Assembly (NCBI RefSeq): GCF_003610775.1
Contig: NZ_RAQO01000004.1
Location: 783,755-807,754 of the forward strand
Direction: 5' to 3'
DNA length: 24,000 nt
From: Alginatibacterium sediminis
GTDB taxonomy: Bacteria > Pseudomonadota > Gammaproteobacteria > Enterobacterales > Celerinatantimonadaceae
Part shown: positions 1 through 8,366 of the stretch, piece after piece
How positions within the stretch are numbered: the stretch's first letter is position 1
Layout of the letters: the number at the start of each line of letters is the position of its first letter
The notes under the pieces: model-generated
Seen by the model: only the letters and a program-made list of their open reading frames with translations
Told to the model about the DNA's origin: nothing
Database searches by the model: none
Position numbers and translations under genes: made by a program

Positions 1-1
1 C

Positions 2-796
2 ATGGTCGAAGAGGCCATGGTGGCTGCTAACGCTGCCGCAGGTCAATTTCTGAGCCAACAACAACGCCAGGCAGTGTATTCAGTCCACTGTGGTTTTAAA
101 ACCGAGAGCATTGACGCACTATTAAAGTTTTTGGAAAAGAATGGCTATTGTTATTCCGCACAAGAACTTCAGACCCTTTCAGGGTTTTGTGAACTGCGCA
201 GGCAGGTTGAGGCTCGTGGCGATGTAGCCAACGAAGTGCTACTGCGTCGGTTCTACAACCAGAGTGAGTTCGCTAATGATAGCCAAGCACATTTTGGATT
301 GGGCGAGGCTGCCTATGCCAGTTGGACATCACCAATTCGAAAATATGGCGATATGCTAAACCATCGGATTATAAAAGCCGCTATCCTTGAGCAAAGTAAC
401 GAGGCCCCTCTCACGGAAGAATTGTCACAGCACATGAGTGAGCAGCGGCGCAAACATAAGTTTGCCGAACGCGAAATGGCCGATTACCTTTATACCCAGT
501 ATTATGCAATGCTAAAAGTTGGTTCTAAGCTAAAAGCAGAAATTATGGACGTTAATCGCGCTGGGCTTAAACTTCAGTTTATGGATACTGGTGCGCGAGG
601 ATTTCTTCCAGCATCACTCATGAGCGATGCTAAAGATGTTTTAGTCTTCGAAACGGATACAGGGTGTATTGTTCAAGGCGAGAGTGTCAAACTATGTTTA
701 GGCGAGACCATAGAGGTTATTTTGCATGATGTACGCATCGAAAACCAAAACATCACGGTGCGTCTGGAAAAACCGTACAGCAATACACCAAACTAA
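2..796 (+). CDS. rnb: Exoribonuclease II, C-terminal part (5' end lies outside the window)
   Basis: The frame is open to the window edge. The 264-aa tail ends with an S1-like domain that resembles, from memory, the E. coli RNase II C-terminus (EVILHDVRIENQNITVRL compared with the E. coli AEVRMETRSIIARP region). It lacks the long basic tail typical of RNase R. A strong hairpin terminator follows. Confidence 0.85.
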   Translation: MVEEAMVAANAAAGQFLSQQQRQAVYSVHCGFKTESIDALLKFLEKNGYCYSAQELQTLSGFCELRRQVEARGDVANEVLLRRFYNQSEFANDSQAHFGLGEAAYASWTSPIRKYGDMLNHRIIKAAILEQSNEAPLTEELSQHMSEQRRKHKFAEREMADYLYTQYYAMLKVGSKLKAEIMDVNRAGLKLQFMDTGARGFLPASLMSDAKDVLVFETDTGCIVQGESVKLCLGETIEVILHDVRIENQNITVRLEKPYSNTPN

Positions 797-810
797 CAAT
801 GACGATTAAC

Positions 811-840
811 AAAAAAAACGCGCTAATAGCGCGTTTTTTT
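811..840. terminator. Bidirectional rho-independent terminator between convergent rnb and prc
   Basis: AAAAAAAACGCGCT-AAT-AGCGCGTTTTTTT. A perfect GC-rich stem (819-824 pairs with 828-833) is flanked by an A-run on one side and a T-run on the other. Confidence 0.85.
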
Positions 841-865
841 ATACCTTAAAACTAGGTCTTGCTAA

Positions 866-2869
866 TTATAAACTTAAGTCATCAACTGCGATTAAGGCAG
901 CTTCGGTTAAGAATACGTCTTCAGGCTCATATTCTTCAGGGATATCATCAAGTTTTTCAATCGCTTCAAAGCCTGCACGAACCAACTGTTCATTAAGCTG
1001 AGTTAATTGAGCTTGCTCTTTGCTTTCACGAATAGCTAAACGTTTTGCTTCATTTAAACTGACTGTTTTTTTATCTTTTTCGCTGCGGTATTCTTCAATA
1101 TCACTGAGAATATACGCAAAATCAGGATCGTTTTGGATTCGCAACTCATGTCTTGCTTTTAACTCTTCAATCGATTGAACTGCGCTACCAAGCGGTTCAT
1201 AGTTCGCCGCTTTAATGCTATCCCAAGGTAATGCGTTTTCTTCTAGACTTTCACCCGTTTCTTCAGGTAACACCGCCGTAGGGAAACTTAAGTCTGGAAT
1301 AACACCTCTATGCTGGGTACTGCCGCCATCGATGCGATAGAACTTGGCAATAGTATATTGAACATGCCCTAAAGGCTGGTCATACAGGTCATATATACGA
1401 CCTAAACCGCGGTGTTGTTGTACTGTACCTTTCCCGAAACTCTGTTCGCCTACGATGAGCGCTCTGCCATAATCTTGTAAAGCAGCTGCAAAAATCTCAG
1501 ATGCTGAAGCACTATAGCGATCGATCAGTACCATTAACGGCCCACTATACTGTGGCGCGTCGTTACTAGACGCATTGACACTTACGCGCCCTAGTTGGTC
1601 ACGAACTTGTACAACAGGACCTTGTGGTATAAACAATCCAGTCATTGCAGTTGCTTCGGTTAATGCACCACCGCCATTACTGCGCAAATCAACAATAATC
1701 GAATCAACTTTGGCTTGCTCCAACTTTTGAAGTTCTTTACTGACATCTTCACTTAAGTTGACATAAAAACTGGGGACTTCAATCACACCAATCTTACGGT
1801 CGTTAATTTCCATCACTTCGCTTTTGGCTGCGCGATCTTCGAGCCTAACTTTATCGCGTACTATCGAGACGATATTGGTTTGGCCGTCTGCTTTGCCACT
1901 TTTCGACAAAATTTCTAGACGAACAACTGTACCTTTAGGGCCTTTAATTAGCTCTACTACGTCATCAAGGCGCCAGCCAATAATGTCCACCATTTCGGCT
2001 TGGTCTTGGGCAACACCTACGATTCGGTCTTCAGCAACCAGCGACTTACTCATTGCTGCAGGACCACCGGGTACAAGGCTCCGAATAACTGTATAATCGT
2101 CCTCAGCTTGCAAAACCGCCCCAATGCCTTCTAGCGATAAATTCATCTCAGTTTGAAAACGATCAGCTGTGCGTGGCGAAAGATAACTGGTATGCGGCTC
2201 AATCGTACGTGAGTATGCAAGCATCGCACTTTGGAACACGTCTTCACTTTCAGTTTGGGTTAACCGTTTAAGCGCATTGCTATAACGTTTTGTCAGCAGT
2301 TTAGAAATCTCTGGCCACTCTTTGCCAGTTAACTTTAAGTTAAGTGCGTCATATTCTACTTTCGAACGCCAAAGGTTTTGAAGCTCTGTTTCATCCGAAG
2401 GCCATGCTAGATCAGAACGGTCAAAGGTGTATTCATCATCACTACCAAAATCCATCTCAATATCGAGCAACTCTAACGAATATAGTAGTTGAGAATAACG
2501 ACGCTCTAGATTCTTGCTAAAGATAGTGTACATCGCATCAAGACGACCCTGTGGGATGTCCTGATCAAGTTGAAAACGATAGCGCTCAAAGGAGCGAATG
2601 TCATTTTGGGTAAACAAGCTTCGGTTGTAGTCGAGTTGTTTTAAATAGCGGTCATACACTTGTGATGAAAGTTCATCATCAAAGTCTACATTGCGATAAT
2701 GAGACCTTGAAAATAACGCACTTATACGCTTCGCCGAAGTCGCGTGCTGCGTTTCTGCTTTAAGCGTGGGTAGCGCACCAACATCAAAATTATGATCTTG
2801 GGCAAGCAAGCTAGCAGAGAAAAAACAAACAGCACTAAATGCTATCCAACGAAGTATCTTCATACGCAC
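866..2869 (-). CDS. prc: Tail-specific (C-terminal processing) periplasmic protease Prc
   Basis: The 667-aa ORF has an N-terminal signal peptide (KILRWIAFSAVCFFSASLLAQ) and PDZ plus S41 peptidase regions (SASASEIFAAALQDYGRALIVGEQSFGKGTVQ). It sits upstream of proQ, as in E. coli. The ORF opens with GTG at 2869. The ATG at 2863 is 9 nt after a GAGG and may be the true start. Confidence 0.93.
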   Translation of the reverse strand: MRMKILRWIAFSAVCFFSASLLAQDHNFDVGALPTLKAETQHATSAKRISALFSRSHYRNVDFDDELSSQVYDRYLKQLDYNRSLFTQNDIRSFERYRFQLDQDIPQGRLDAMYTIFSKNLERRYSQLLYSLELLDIEMDFGSDDEYTFDRSDLAWPSDETELQNLWRSKVEYDALNLKLTGKEWPEISKLLTKRYSNALKRLTQTESEDVFQSAMLAYSRTIEPHTSYLSPRTADRFQTEMNLSLEGIGAVLQAEDDYTVIRSLVPGGPAAMSKSLVAEDRIVGVAQDQAEMVDIIGWRLDDVVELIKGPKGTVVRLEILSKSGKADGQTNIVSIVRDKVRLEDRAAKSEVMEINDRKIGVIEVPSFYVNLSEDVSKELQKLEQAKVDSIIVDLRSNGGGALTEATAMTGLFIPQGPVVQVRDQLGRVSVNASSNDAPQYSGPLMVLIDRYSASASEIFAAALQDYGRALIVGEQSFGKGTVQQHRGLGRIYDLYDQPLGHVQYTIAKFYRIDGGSTQHRGVIPDLSFPTAVLPEETGESLEENALPWDSIKAANYEPLGSAVQSIEELKARHELRIQNDPDFAYILSDIEEYRSEKDKKTVSLNEAKRLAIRESKEQAQLTQLNEQLVRAGFEAIEKLDDIPEEYEPEDVFLTEAALIAVDDLSL

Positions 2870-2917
2870 TAACCTCTAGCGATGGGCTTGCCCAATTTCC
2901 ATGTAAAAACGAACTGG

Positions 2918-3571
2918 CTACTCTACAATGTGCTCTGGTTTAACCTTAACTTGCATACCAGATTGCAATTGTACAGAAACACCATCTTTCGTAACTTCTT
3001 GAATCGTAGCAGACATTGGAGTTTTGCCGACTAAAACTTTTATCTCTTTACCCGTTTTAAGTGAATCTACCGCAACTTGTTTAAGTACCGCTGCTGGTTT
3101 TTGCACTGGGTTTGGTTTGCGATTATTACTGCGCTTTGGCGGATTCGCACGGGTTTTACGTGCGGTAGCAGGCTTAGAAGTTTCGTTATTAGCATCTTGC
3201 TTAGCTTTAGCCTCAGCTTGTGCTTTTTTACGTTGTTCAAACGCCCGCTCTTTACTTTCTTTAAGCGTTTGCTGCGCATGATCCATATGTTCTTGCTCAA
3301 TCGCTAGACCTTGCTCACCGTCTAAATCTACACGGTGTGAACCTACTTTGACGCTATGTAGATAACGCCAACTCGATGTGTATTGACGTAAAGCAGAGCG
3401 AAGTAAAGTCTTAGTGACCTTTTCATCTTCTTTTAAACGCTCAGCGAGTTCATGAAAGATCCCTACTTTAAGCGGCTTGGCATCACCTTCAATTGAAAAA
3501 CATGCAGGGAACTGCTCAGCGAGATATGCAATGACTTCTTTACTATTCTTTAACTTGTTTGTGGGTTCCAT
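2918..3571 (-). CDS. proQ: RNA chaperone ProQ
   Basis: The N-terminal FinO-like domain is close to E. coli ProQ (NSKEVIAYLAEQFPACFS, LRSALRQYTSSWRYL). A basic K/A/P-rich linker and a C-terminal Tudor-like domain follow. I place the start at the ATG at 3571 (MEPTNK...), not the TTG at 3577 in the ORF track, because this matches the E. coli N-terminus. Confidence 0.93.
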   Translation of the reverse strand: MEPTNKLKNSKEVIAYLAEQFPACFSIEGDAKPLKVGIFHELAERLKEDEKVTKTLLRSALRQYTSSWRYLHSVKVGSHRVDLDGEQGLAIEQEHMDHAQQTLKESKERAFEQRKKAQAEAKAKQDANNETSKPATARKTRANPPKRSNNRKPNPVQKPAAVLKQVAVDSLKTGKEIKVLVGKTPMSATIQEVTKDGVSVQLQSGMQVKVKPEHIVE

Positions 3572-3651
3572 GAACAACCTTATTGACCTCTAGTCGCCGT
3601 TAACAGCGGCGTTATAGTCCGGTATTATAGTGACGAGAGACTGAAATGCCA

Positions 3652-4116
3652 TTAAAAATCAAATTTCACTAAGCTTTTTTCTAGAATATTGACTAGATCT
3701 TGCAAGCCTTGTTGATCTTCTTGGGTAAATCGAGACAAAAGTGGGCTATCAATATCGAGTACCGCAACTACTTTATCAGCATGATAAATCGGGACTACAA
3801 TTTCTGAACGGCTCGCTGCATCGCAAGCAATATGTCCCGGAAATTGATCAACATCCGCAATTCGTAAAATTTGTTGTTGGCTGTACGCTCCACCACATAC
3901 GCCTTTACCCGGTGCAATGTTAGTACAAGCCACATTACCTTGAAACGGACCTAGAATCAGTTGGTCTCGTTGACTGTCATATAGATAGAATCCCAGCCAA
4001 TTAATGTCTTGGAACTCATTCCACAGCATGGCACTAAAATTCGCTAAATTGGAGAGATAGTGATTTTCGGGATCAAGCAATCCTTCGCACTGACGTGCTA
4101 TCAGGGAATAATTCAC
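3652..4116 (-). CDS. msrC: GAF-domain free methionine-(R)-sulfoxide reductase (YebR/MsrC family)
   Basis: The 154-aa protein aligns along its whole length with my memory of E. coli YebR/MsrC (INWLGFYL, LGPFQG..AC, GKGVCG, GHIACDAASRSEIVVP, LDIDS, FTQEDQQGL), and the conserved Cys residues are retained. It starts with GTG. Its AAGGA Shine-Dalgarno overlaps the yebG stop codon. Confidence 0.9.
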   Translation of the reverse strand: MNYSLIARQCEGLLDPENHYLSNLANFSAMLWNEFQDINWLGFYLYDSQRDQLILGPFQGNVACTNIAPGKGVCGGAYSQQQILRIADVDQFPGHIACDAASRSEIVVPIYHADKVVAVLDIDSPLLSRFTQEDQQGLQDLVNILEKSLVKFDF

Positions 4117-4124
4117 AGTTGTCC

Positions 4125-4379
4125 TTAAGATTCGTCTGCTATTGGGCTAAACTCCGCCCCTTTATATAGATTCAAAATTTGTTCTTTATGACTAGCCAAA
4201 TAAAAACCGAGTGTTTCGAGTTGGTTTTCATTAAGCTTAGGCTCAGCATGTTTGAGTGCTTTGCTTAGTTGCTCTGCAACATCTAACATTTTGTCGTAGG
4301 CGTCCGCCTCTTTACGCGAAGTAAATGTCATTTTTTCTTCACCTTGACGTTCAACCACATATTTAACAATAACCGCCAC
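4125..4379 (-). CDS. yebG: DNA damage-inducible protein YebG
   Basis: The 84-aa protein begins MAVIVKYVVERQGEEKMTFTSRKEADAYDKML, matching from memory the E. coli YebG N-terminus (MAVEVKYVV..EGEEKMSFTSKKEADAYDKML). It uses a GTG start 5 nt after AGGAGA, and a LexA box lies immediately upstream. Confidence 0.9.
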   Translation of the reverse strand: MAVIVKYVVERQGEEKMTFTSRKEADAYDKMLDVAEQLSKALKHAEPKLNENQLETLGFYLASHKEQILNLYKGAEFSPIADES

Positions 4380-4406
4380 ATTGTTCTCCTACACGCGCTA
4401 GTTTAG

Positions 4407-4426
4407 TACTGTATGTAATGACAGTA
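4407..4426. promoter_or_regulatory. LexA (SOS) operator in the yebG / letA divergent intergenic region
   Basis: TACTGTATGTAATGACAGTA is a perfect match to the gammaproteobacterial SOS box pattern TACTG-N10-CAGTA (CTGT-N8-ACAG). On the minus strand it overlaps a TATAGT -10-like hexamer (4426-4431) and lies 27 nt upstream of the yebG GTG. Confidence 0.85.
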
Positions 4427-4511
4427 CTATAACGAGATAAAGATTAAACTACCAGTCAAAGATTGCATTGTTTAAACTTAAGCCTATAAAAGAGTAAGGA
4501 AATGGTTCTCA

Positions 4512-5162
4512 TTGTCTATGCCACAAGCAACCGTTAGTCAGTCAGTAGTGCCCAGTCGTGCAATTCAACTTGTGTGTCCGTGTTGCGATTTGTTAATGCA
4601 GGTTGGATCAAATCATGACCACAGTAAGCATGAACTTATCTGCCCGCGCTGCAAGCATCAAGTACAAGCCGCTGGCAATATGGGGTTTACTAAACAAGCA
4701 TGCATCGCCTTTAGTGCCTTACTAATGCTGATATACGCAAATACTAACCCTTTGCTTACCTTTGACTTTGCAGGCGCATATAACACTGCAAGTATCCTTC
4801 GAGGTACCCTGCTATTACTCGAGCAAGGTTTTTATTTTGTTGGTGGTAGCGTTATTCTTACAAGTTTTGTCGCGCCTTTTTGCTTCCTTACGCTAATTAT
4901 TATCAACTCACTATGTTTACTGACTAAACGTCGTCCGTTCTGGCTAGCCACCAGCATACATTTTCAACAGCATTTAGCGCTATGGAGCATGCTAGAAGTT
5001 TATTTACTTGGGTTCATCATTTCACTGGTTAAGTTATTAGATCTTGCTCAAGTTAATGTGGGCGTAGGAATATGGTGCTTTGCTGCTAGTTTCTTATTAA
5101 GCAGTTATCTAGTGCATAAAATCAGTGGTGAATTGTATTGGAGTACCTATGCAAAGCGCTAG
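4512..5162 (+). CDS. letA: PqiA/LetA-family inner-membrane protein, N-terminal repeat only (half-size)
   Basis: The protein has a CxxC...CxxC zinc-ribbon-like motif (CPCCD...CPRCK) followed by hydrophobic helices. It resembles the first half of E. coli YebS/LetA and ends ...GELYWSTYAKR, where E. coli reads ...EELWERFYPQR in its inter-repeat linker. The start is either TTG at 4512 or ATG at 4518. Confidence 0.8.
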   Translation: MSMPQATVSQSVVPSRAIQLVCPCCDLLMQVGSNHDHSKHELICPRCKHQVQAAGNMGFTKQACIAFSALLMLIYANTNPLLTFDFAGAYNTASILRGTLLLLEQGFYFVGGSVILTSFVAPFCFLTLIIINSLCLLTKRRPFWLATSIHFQQHLALWSMLEVYLLGFIISLVKLLDLAQVNVGVGIWCFAASFLLSSYLVHKISGELYWSTYAKR

Positions 5163-5748
5163 ATCACAGGGTTTGGCTCAGTGTCAGCATTGCCATTGGG
5201 TACAAGCAATATCGAAAACAAATTGCGAGCGTTGTCACTTAACAATTGAAGTACGTATCAAACACAGTGAGCAACGCTGTTGGGCATTTCTATTAACCGC
5301 ATTTGTGTTTATGTTTCCAGCAAATTTACTACCCATCACTATTTTGAGTTCTATTGGTGCCCCACAACCAGAAACCATTATCTCCGGCGTATTTAGCCTT
5401 ATCGATAGTGACATGGAAATTATTGCAGTTATTGTCTTCGTCGCAAGTATCGTGGTGCCGGCAATTAAGATAATAGGTTTAGCTCTTATCCTAATTTCGT
5501 TACAATTGCGTCTTCATCTAAATAATTCACAGCGGATCTTCATTTATCGCTTTGTGGATGTGATTGGCAAATGGTCAATGATTGATCTATTTGTTCTTTC
5601 GATCATGGTTGCAGTATTTCAGTATAATGACCTCGTTGGTGTTGTTGCTGGTTTTGGTGCAACCGCATTCACAGCTGTTGTACTTTTGACCATAGCTGCG
5701 GCCAAAAGTTTTGATACAAGATTGATTTGGGATAAATGCCTTGACTGA
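5149..5748 (+). CDS. letA: PqiA/LetA-family inner-membrane protein, C-terminal repeat only (half-size)
   Basis: An ATG at 5149 is preceded by GGAG with a 5-nt spacer, and it overlaps the upstream stop by 14 nt. The protein starts MQSARSQGLAQCQHCHW...CERCH, which is the second CxxC...CxxC motif. It continues with LPANLLPI..., GKWSMIDLFVLSI and SFDTRLIWD, matching the second half of E. coli YebS. The ORF track begins at an upstream GTG (5125), which I consider less likely. Confidence 0.8.
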   Translation: MQSARSQGLAQCQHCHWVQAISKTNCERCHLTIEVRIKHSEQRCWAFLLTAFVFMFPANLLPITILSSIGAPQPETIISGVFSLIDSDMEIIAVIVFVASIVVPAIKIIGLALILISLQLRLHLNNSQRIFIYRFVDVIGKWSMIDLFVLSIMVAVFQYNDLVGVVAGFGATAFTAVVLLTIAAAKSFDTRLIWDKCLD

Positions 5749-8338
5749 GTTGGCTCAAGCACAAACTAAAAAACCGCCAGTAGTTTCACCCATTTGGCTG
5801 TTGCCTATTATTGCGCTTGGAATAGGGATTTGGCTCGTCTACCGTTCGTGGGCTAGCGCAGGCGTACTAATAGAGATTCAGTTCGAAAATGCCAACGGTA
5901 TTAAAGCCGGTCAAACCCTCATTTATTATCAAGGTTTAGATGTCGGCACAGTTCGAAAAATATCATTAAATCAAGTCAGCAATGGCGTTATCGTCGAAGC
6001 AGAAATTAAACGAAGCGCTGAAAAACTACTGCGAAGTGATTCACAATTTTGGTTAGTTGCTCCTAAGGCATCAATCACCGAAATTAGTGGCTTAGATGCT
6101 CTAGTGGGCGGAAACTACATTGCTTTGGCCGCTGGCGAAGGCGAAGCTCAATACGAGTTTATTGGTTCACTAACCCCACCTGCACTGCTCAATGGCAGTG
6201 GACTTAACATTGAACTTAGTGCGGACAACCTTGGATCGCTAAATGTTGGTTCAGCGATTTACTACAAACAAATACAAGTTGGGGAAATCCAGCGCTTTGA
6301 GCTTAGCCAAGACGATCAAAGCGTTAAATTCAGCGCTTCAATTGATGCCGAATATCAAAATTTGGTCCGAATGGACAGCCGATTTTGGAATGTAAGCGGC
6401 ATAGATATTGATATCAGCACTAGCGGAATCAAAGTTGAAACCGGCAGTTTAGCCAGTATTATTGCCGGCGGTGTTAGTTTTGATAGCCCCAGTTACTCTG
6501 AACCGGCGGACAATAAACATCTGTTTAAACTTTATGATAATTACCAATTGGCTAATCGCGGTAACACCATCCGTGTGTATGTAGATGAGGTCAAAGGTTT
6601 TAAAGAGAACAGTAGTCAGATTTCGTTTCAAGGCTTACCTATTGCATATTTGGAAGCAGTGGTACTTTTAGAAGACCAAAGCTTTGAAGCAATTTTCAAA
6701 ATTATTGAAGGCTACCAACAATTATTTACCACAAATTCCCAGTTGCTTAGTATTGACCCCAAACTCAGCTTAGACGGCATCGAAAATCCTCAAGCGTTTA
6801 TTGGTAGTCGAAATTTTGAACTTATTTATGCTCAAGGTGAAAATAATGGCTTGTTTGACCTTAGGCAAAGTGCGAAACCAAGCGAAACTAGCTTCACTAT
6901 CGAACTAAATGCAGAAGAGGCACGCGGTTTGGCGATTGGCTCTGCAATTGATTACCGCGGTGTTAAAATTGGTCACTTAAGTAGTATAGACCTCAACAAT
7001 GGCGAGCTATTTATTAGTGCCGACATCCTTGATAGCTATCGGCCATTGATTAACCAACATTCGCGTTTTTACAAGCACTCGCTACTGCATATTAACGCTG
7101 GCCTTGAGGGAATAACCGTGCAAACCGGTGAGATAAAGTCCGCGTTGTCAGGCGGTTTGGGTCTTATTACTCGTGCAGATGCTAAACCCATAGTTGGTTT
7201 TGAAGACAAGTTCCCGATATTTGTCAATGAAGAAGCTGCCCGCCTAGCACAGCATTCTGAAGGCGCTAAATCGATTCGGCTTAAAGCTAAACATTTAGGT
7301 TCCGTTGCTAAAGGCAGCCCGCTGTTGTTTCAAGAATTACAAGTTGGTCAAATTGTTGATTTTAGTATGCTTAGCAAAGGTGAGTTCCTAGTTGAGCTTG
7401 AGATTTGGGGACCCTTTAGTCATCTTTTAGACAGTCACACACGCTTTTGGGAAAGCTCGGGATTTCAAGTGGAAGCCTCTCTAGCAGGTGTTAATATCGA
7501 TGCTGCTTCAATAGAATCCTTATTGCGTGGTGGTATCAGTTTTGACCACTTTAACCAATTGGATCAATCCTATAACAGAGTGCTCTACCCAGATCGAGAA
7601 AGTGCTATTTCACGCGTTACTAAGATTAATATTGACGCCAAAAAAGGCTACGGCTTACGCGCTGGTATGGATATCCGACATAATGACCAAACAATCGGTG
7701 AGGTCGAAAGTGTCAACTTTAGTGACGATCTTAAACTGTTAAATCTAGAAGCAAAGATTAATCATCCCTTCGAGAAACACTTCGCAAAAGCAGGAGCAAA
7801 GTTCTGGCTAAGCACCAGTGAAATTAGTCTAAGTGGTAGCAAAAACATTGGAAACCTAATCACCGGCGATTATATTTCAGCCAGTCCTGGTAAAGGCAAG
7901 CTTCAAAAGCAATTCTCACTTCATGAGGATCAACCTTTGTATGCCGGAAAAACCTTACCCCTGCGCTTAAAAAGCCAAAGTATGGGCTCTTTAAGTAAAG
8001 GTAATCCTGTTTACTATCGTCAGTTGCAAGTGGGTACCATCGTCGCTACCGGTTTAGCTAATACTGGGGAATCGGTTTATATCGATATTGAAATCGAAAA
8101 GCGTTATGCACATTTAGTTCAACGTAACTCTAAATTTTGGCATGCTTCCGGGTTTGAATTTAATCTCGGTTTTGGTGGTGCCAGGCTCAAAATGGAGTCG
8201 ATTGAAAGCTTGGTCAGTGGTGGGATTGTATTTGCAACTCCCCCGGCCTCAACAACTCCTGCTCGTCGTTATCAAGTTTTTGATTTACATGCTAAAGCTA
8301 ATGATGAATGGCTACAATGGTATGGCGACGCCAACTAG
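5741..8338 (+). CDS. letB: Multi-MCE-domain periplasm-spanning lipid transport protein (YebT/LetB-like)
   Basis: The 865-aa protein has a single N-terminal TM helix (SPIWLLPIIALGIGIWLVY) followed by repeated MCE-type modules with recurring G..V.Y.G..VG.V and SRFW/SKFW motifs. Its size is comparable to E. coli LetB, which has seven MCE domains. Its TTG start overlaps the letA stop (TTGACTGA). Confidence 0.9.
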   Translation: MTELAQAQTKKPPVVSPIWLLPIIALGIGIWLVYRSWASAGVLIEIQFENANGIKAGQTLIYYQGLDVGTVRKISLNQVSNGVIVEAEIKRSAEKLLRSDSQFWLVAPKASITEISGLDALVGGNYIALAAGEGEAQYEFIGSLTPPALLNGSGLNIELSADNLGSLNVGSAIYYKQIQVGEIQRFELSQDDQSVKFSASIDAEYQNLVRMDSRFWNVSGIDIDISTSGIKVETGSLASIIAGGVSFDSPSYSEPADNKHLFKLYDNYQLANRGNTIRVYVDEVKGFKENSSQISFQGLPIAYLEAVVLLEDQSFEAIFKIIEGYQQLFTTNSQLLSIDPKLSLDGIENPQAFIGSRNFELIYAQGENNGLFDLRQSAKPSETSFTIELNAEEARGLAIGSAIDYRGVKIGHLSSIDLNNGELFISADILDSYRPLINQHSRFYKHSLLHINAGLEGITVQTGEIKSALSGGLGLITRADAKPIVGFEDKFPIFVNEEAARLAQHSEGAKSIRLKAKHLGSVAKGSPLLFQELQVGQIVDFSMLSKGEFLVELEIWGPFSHLLDSHTRFWESSGFQVEASLAGVNIDAASIESLLRGGISFDHFNQLDQSYNRVLYPDRESAISRVTKINIDAKKGYGLRAGMDIRHNDQTIGEVESVNFSDDLKLLNLEAKINHPFEKHFAKAGAKFWLSTSEISLSGSKNIGNLITGDYISASPGKGKLQKQFSLHEDQPLYAGKTLPLRLKSQSMGSLSKGNPVYYRQLQVGTIVATGLANTGESVYIDIEIEKRYAHLVQRNSKFWHASGFEFNLGFGGARLKMESIESLVSGGIVFATPPASTTPARRYQVFDLHAKANDEWLQWYGDAN

Positions 8339-8366
8339 GCTTTTTTTGGATTTCTAAGGAATACTT

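Noticed and set aside
1824-2096. A 90-aa plus-strand ORF antisense to prc.
   Set aside because: It lies entirely inside a well-supported prc coding region. The peptide is low-complexity and S/T/R-rich, with no Shine-Dalgarno sequence or motif. This is a typical antisense shadow ORF.
3024-3307. Three overlapping ORFs (76-85 aa, on both strands) within proQ.
   Set aside because: They coincide with the compositionally biased K/A/P linker of ProQ, which removes stop codons in several frames. None has a start context or any resemblance to known proteins.
5113-5162. Reading the letA split as a programmed frameshift site.
   Set aside because: There is no slippery heptamer or stimulatory structure in the overlap. 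A Shine-Dalgarno plus ATG restart explains the arrangement more simply. A plain indel or sequencing error remains possible and is discussed in the finding.
6449-8357. Small internal or antisense ORFs within letB (6449-6631 on the minus strand, 7527-7742 and 8142-8357 on the plus strand).
   Set aside because: They lie within or overlap the continuous 865-aa MCE-repeat ORF, and there is no independent evidence for them.
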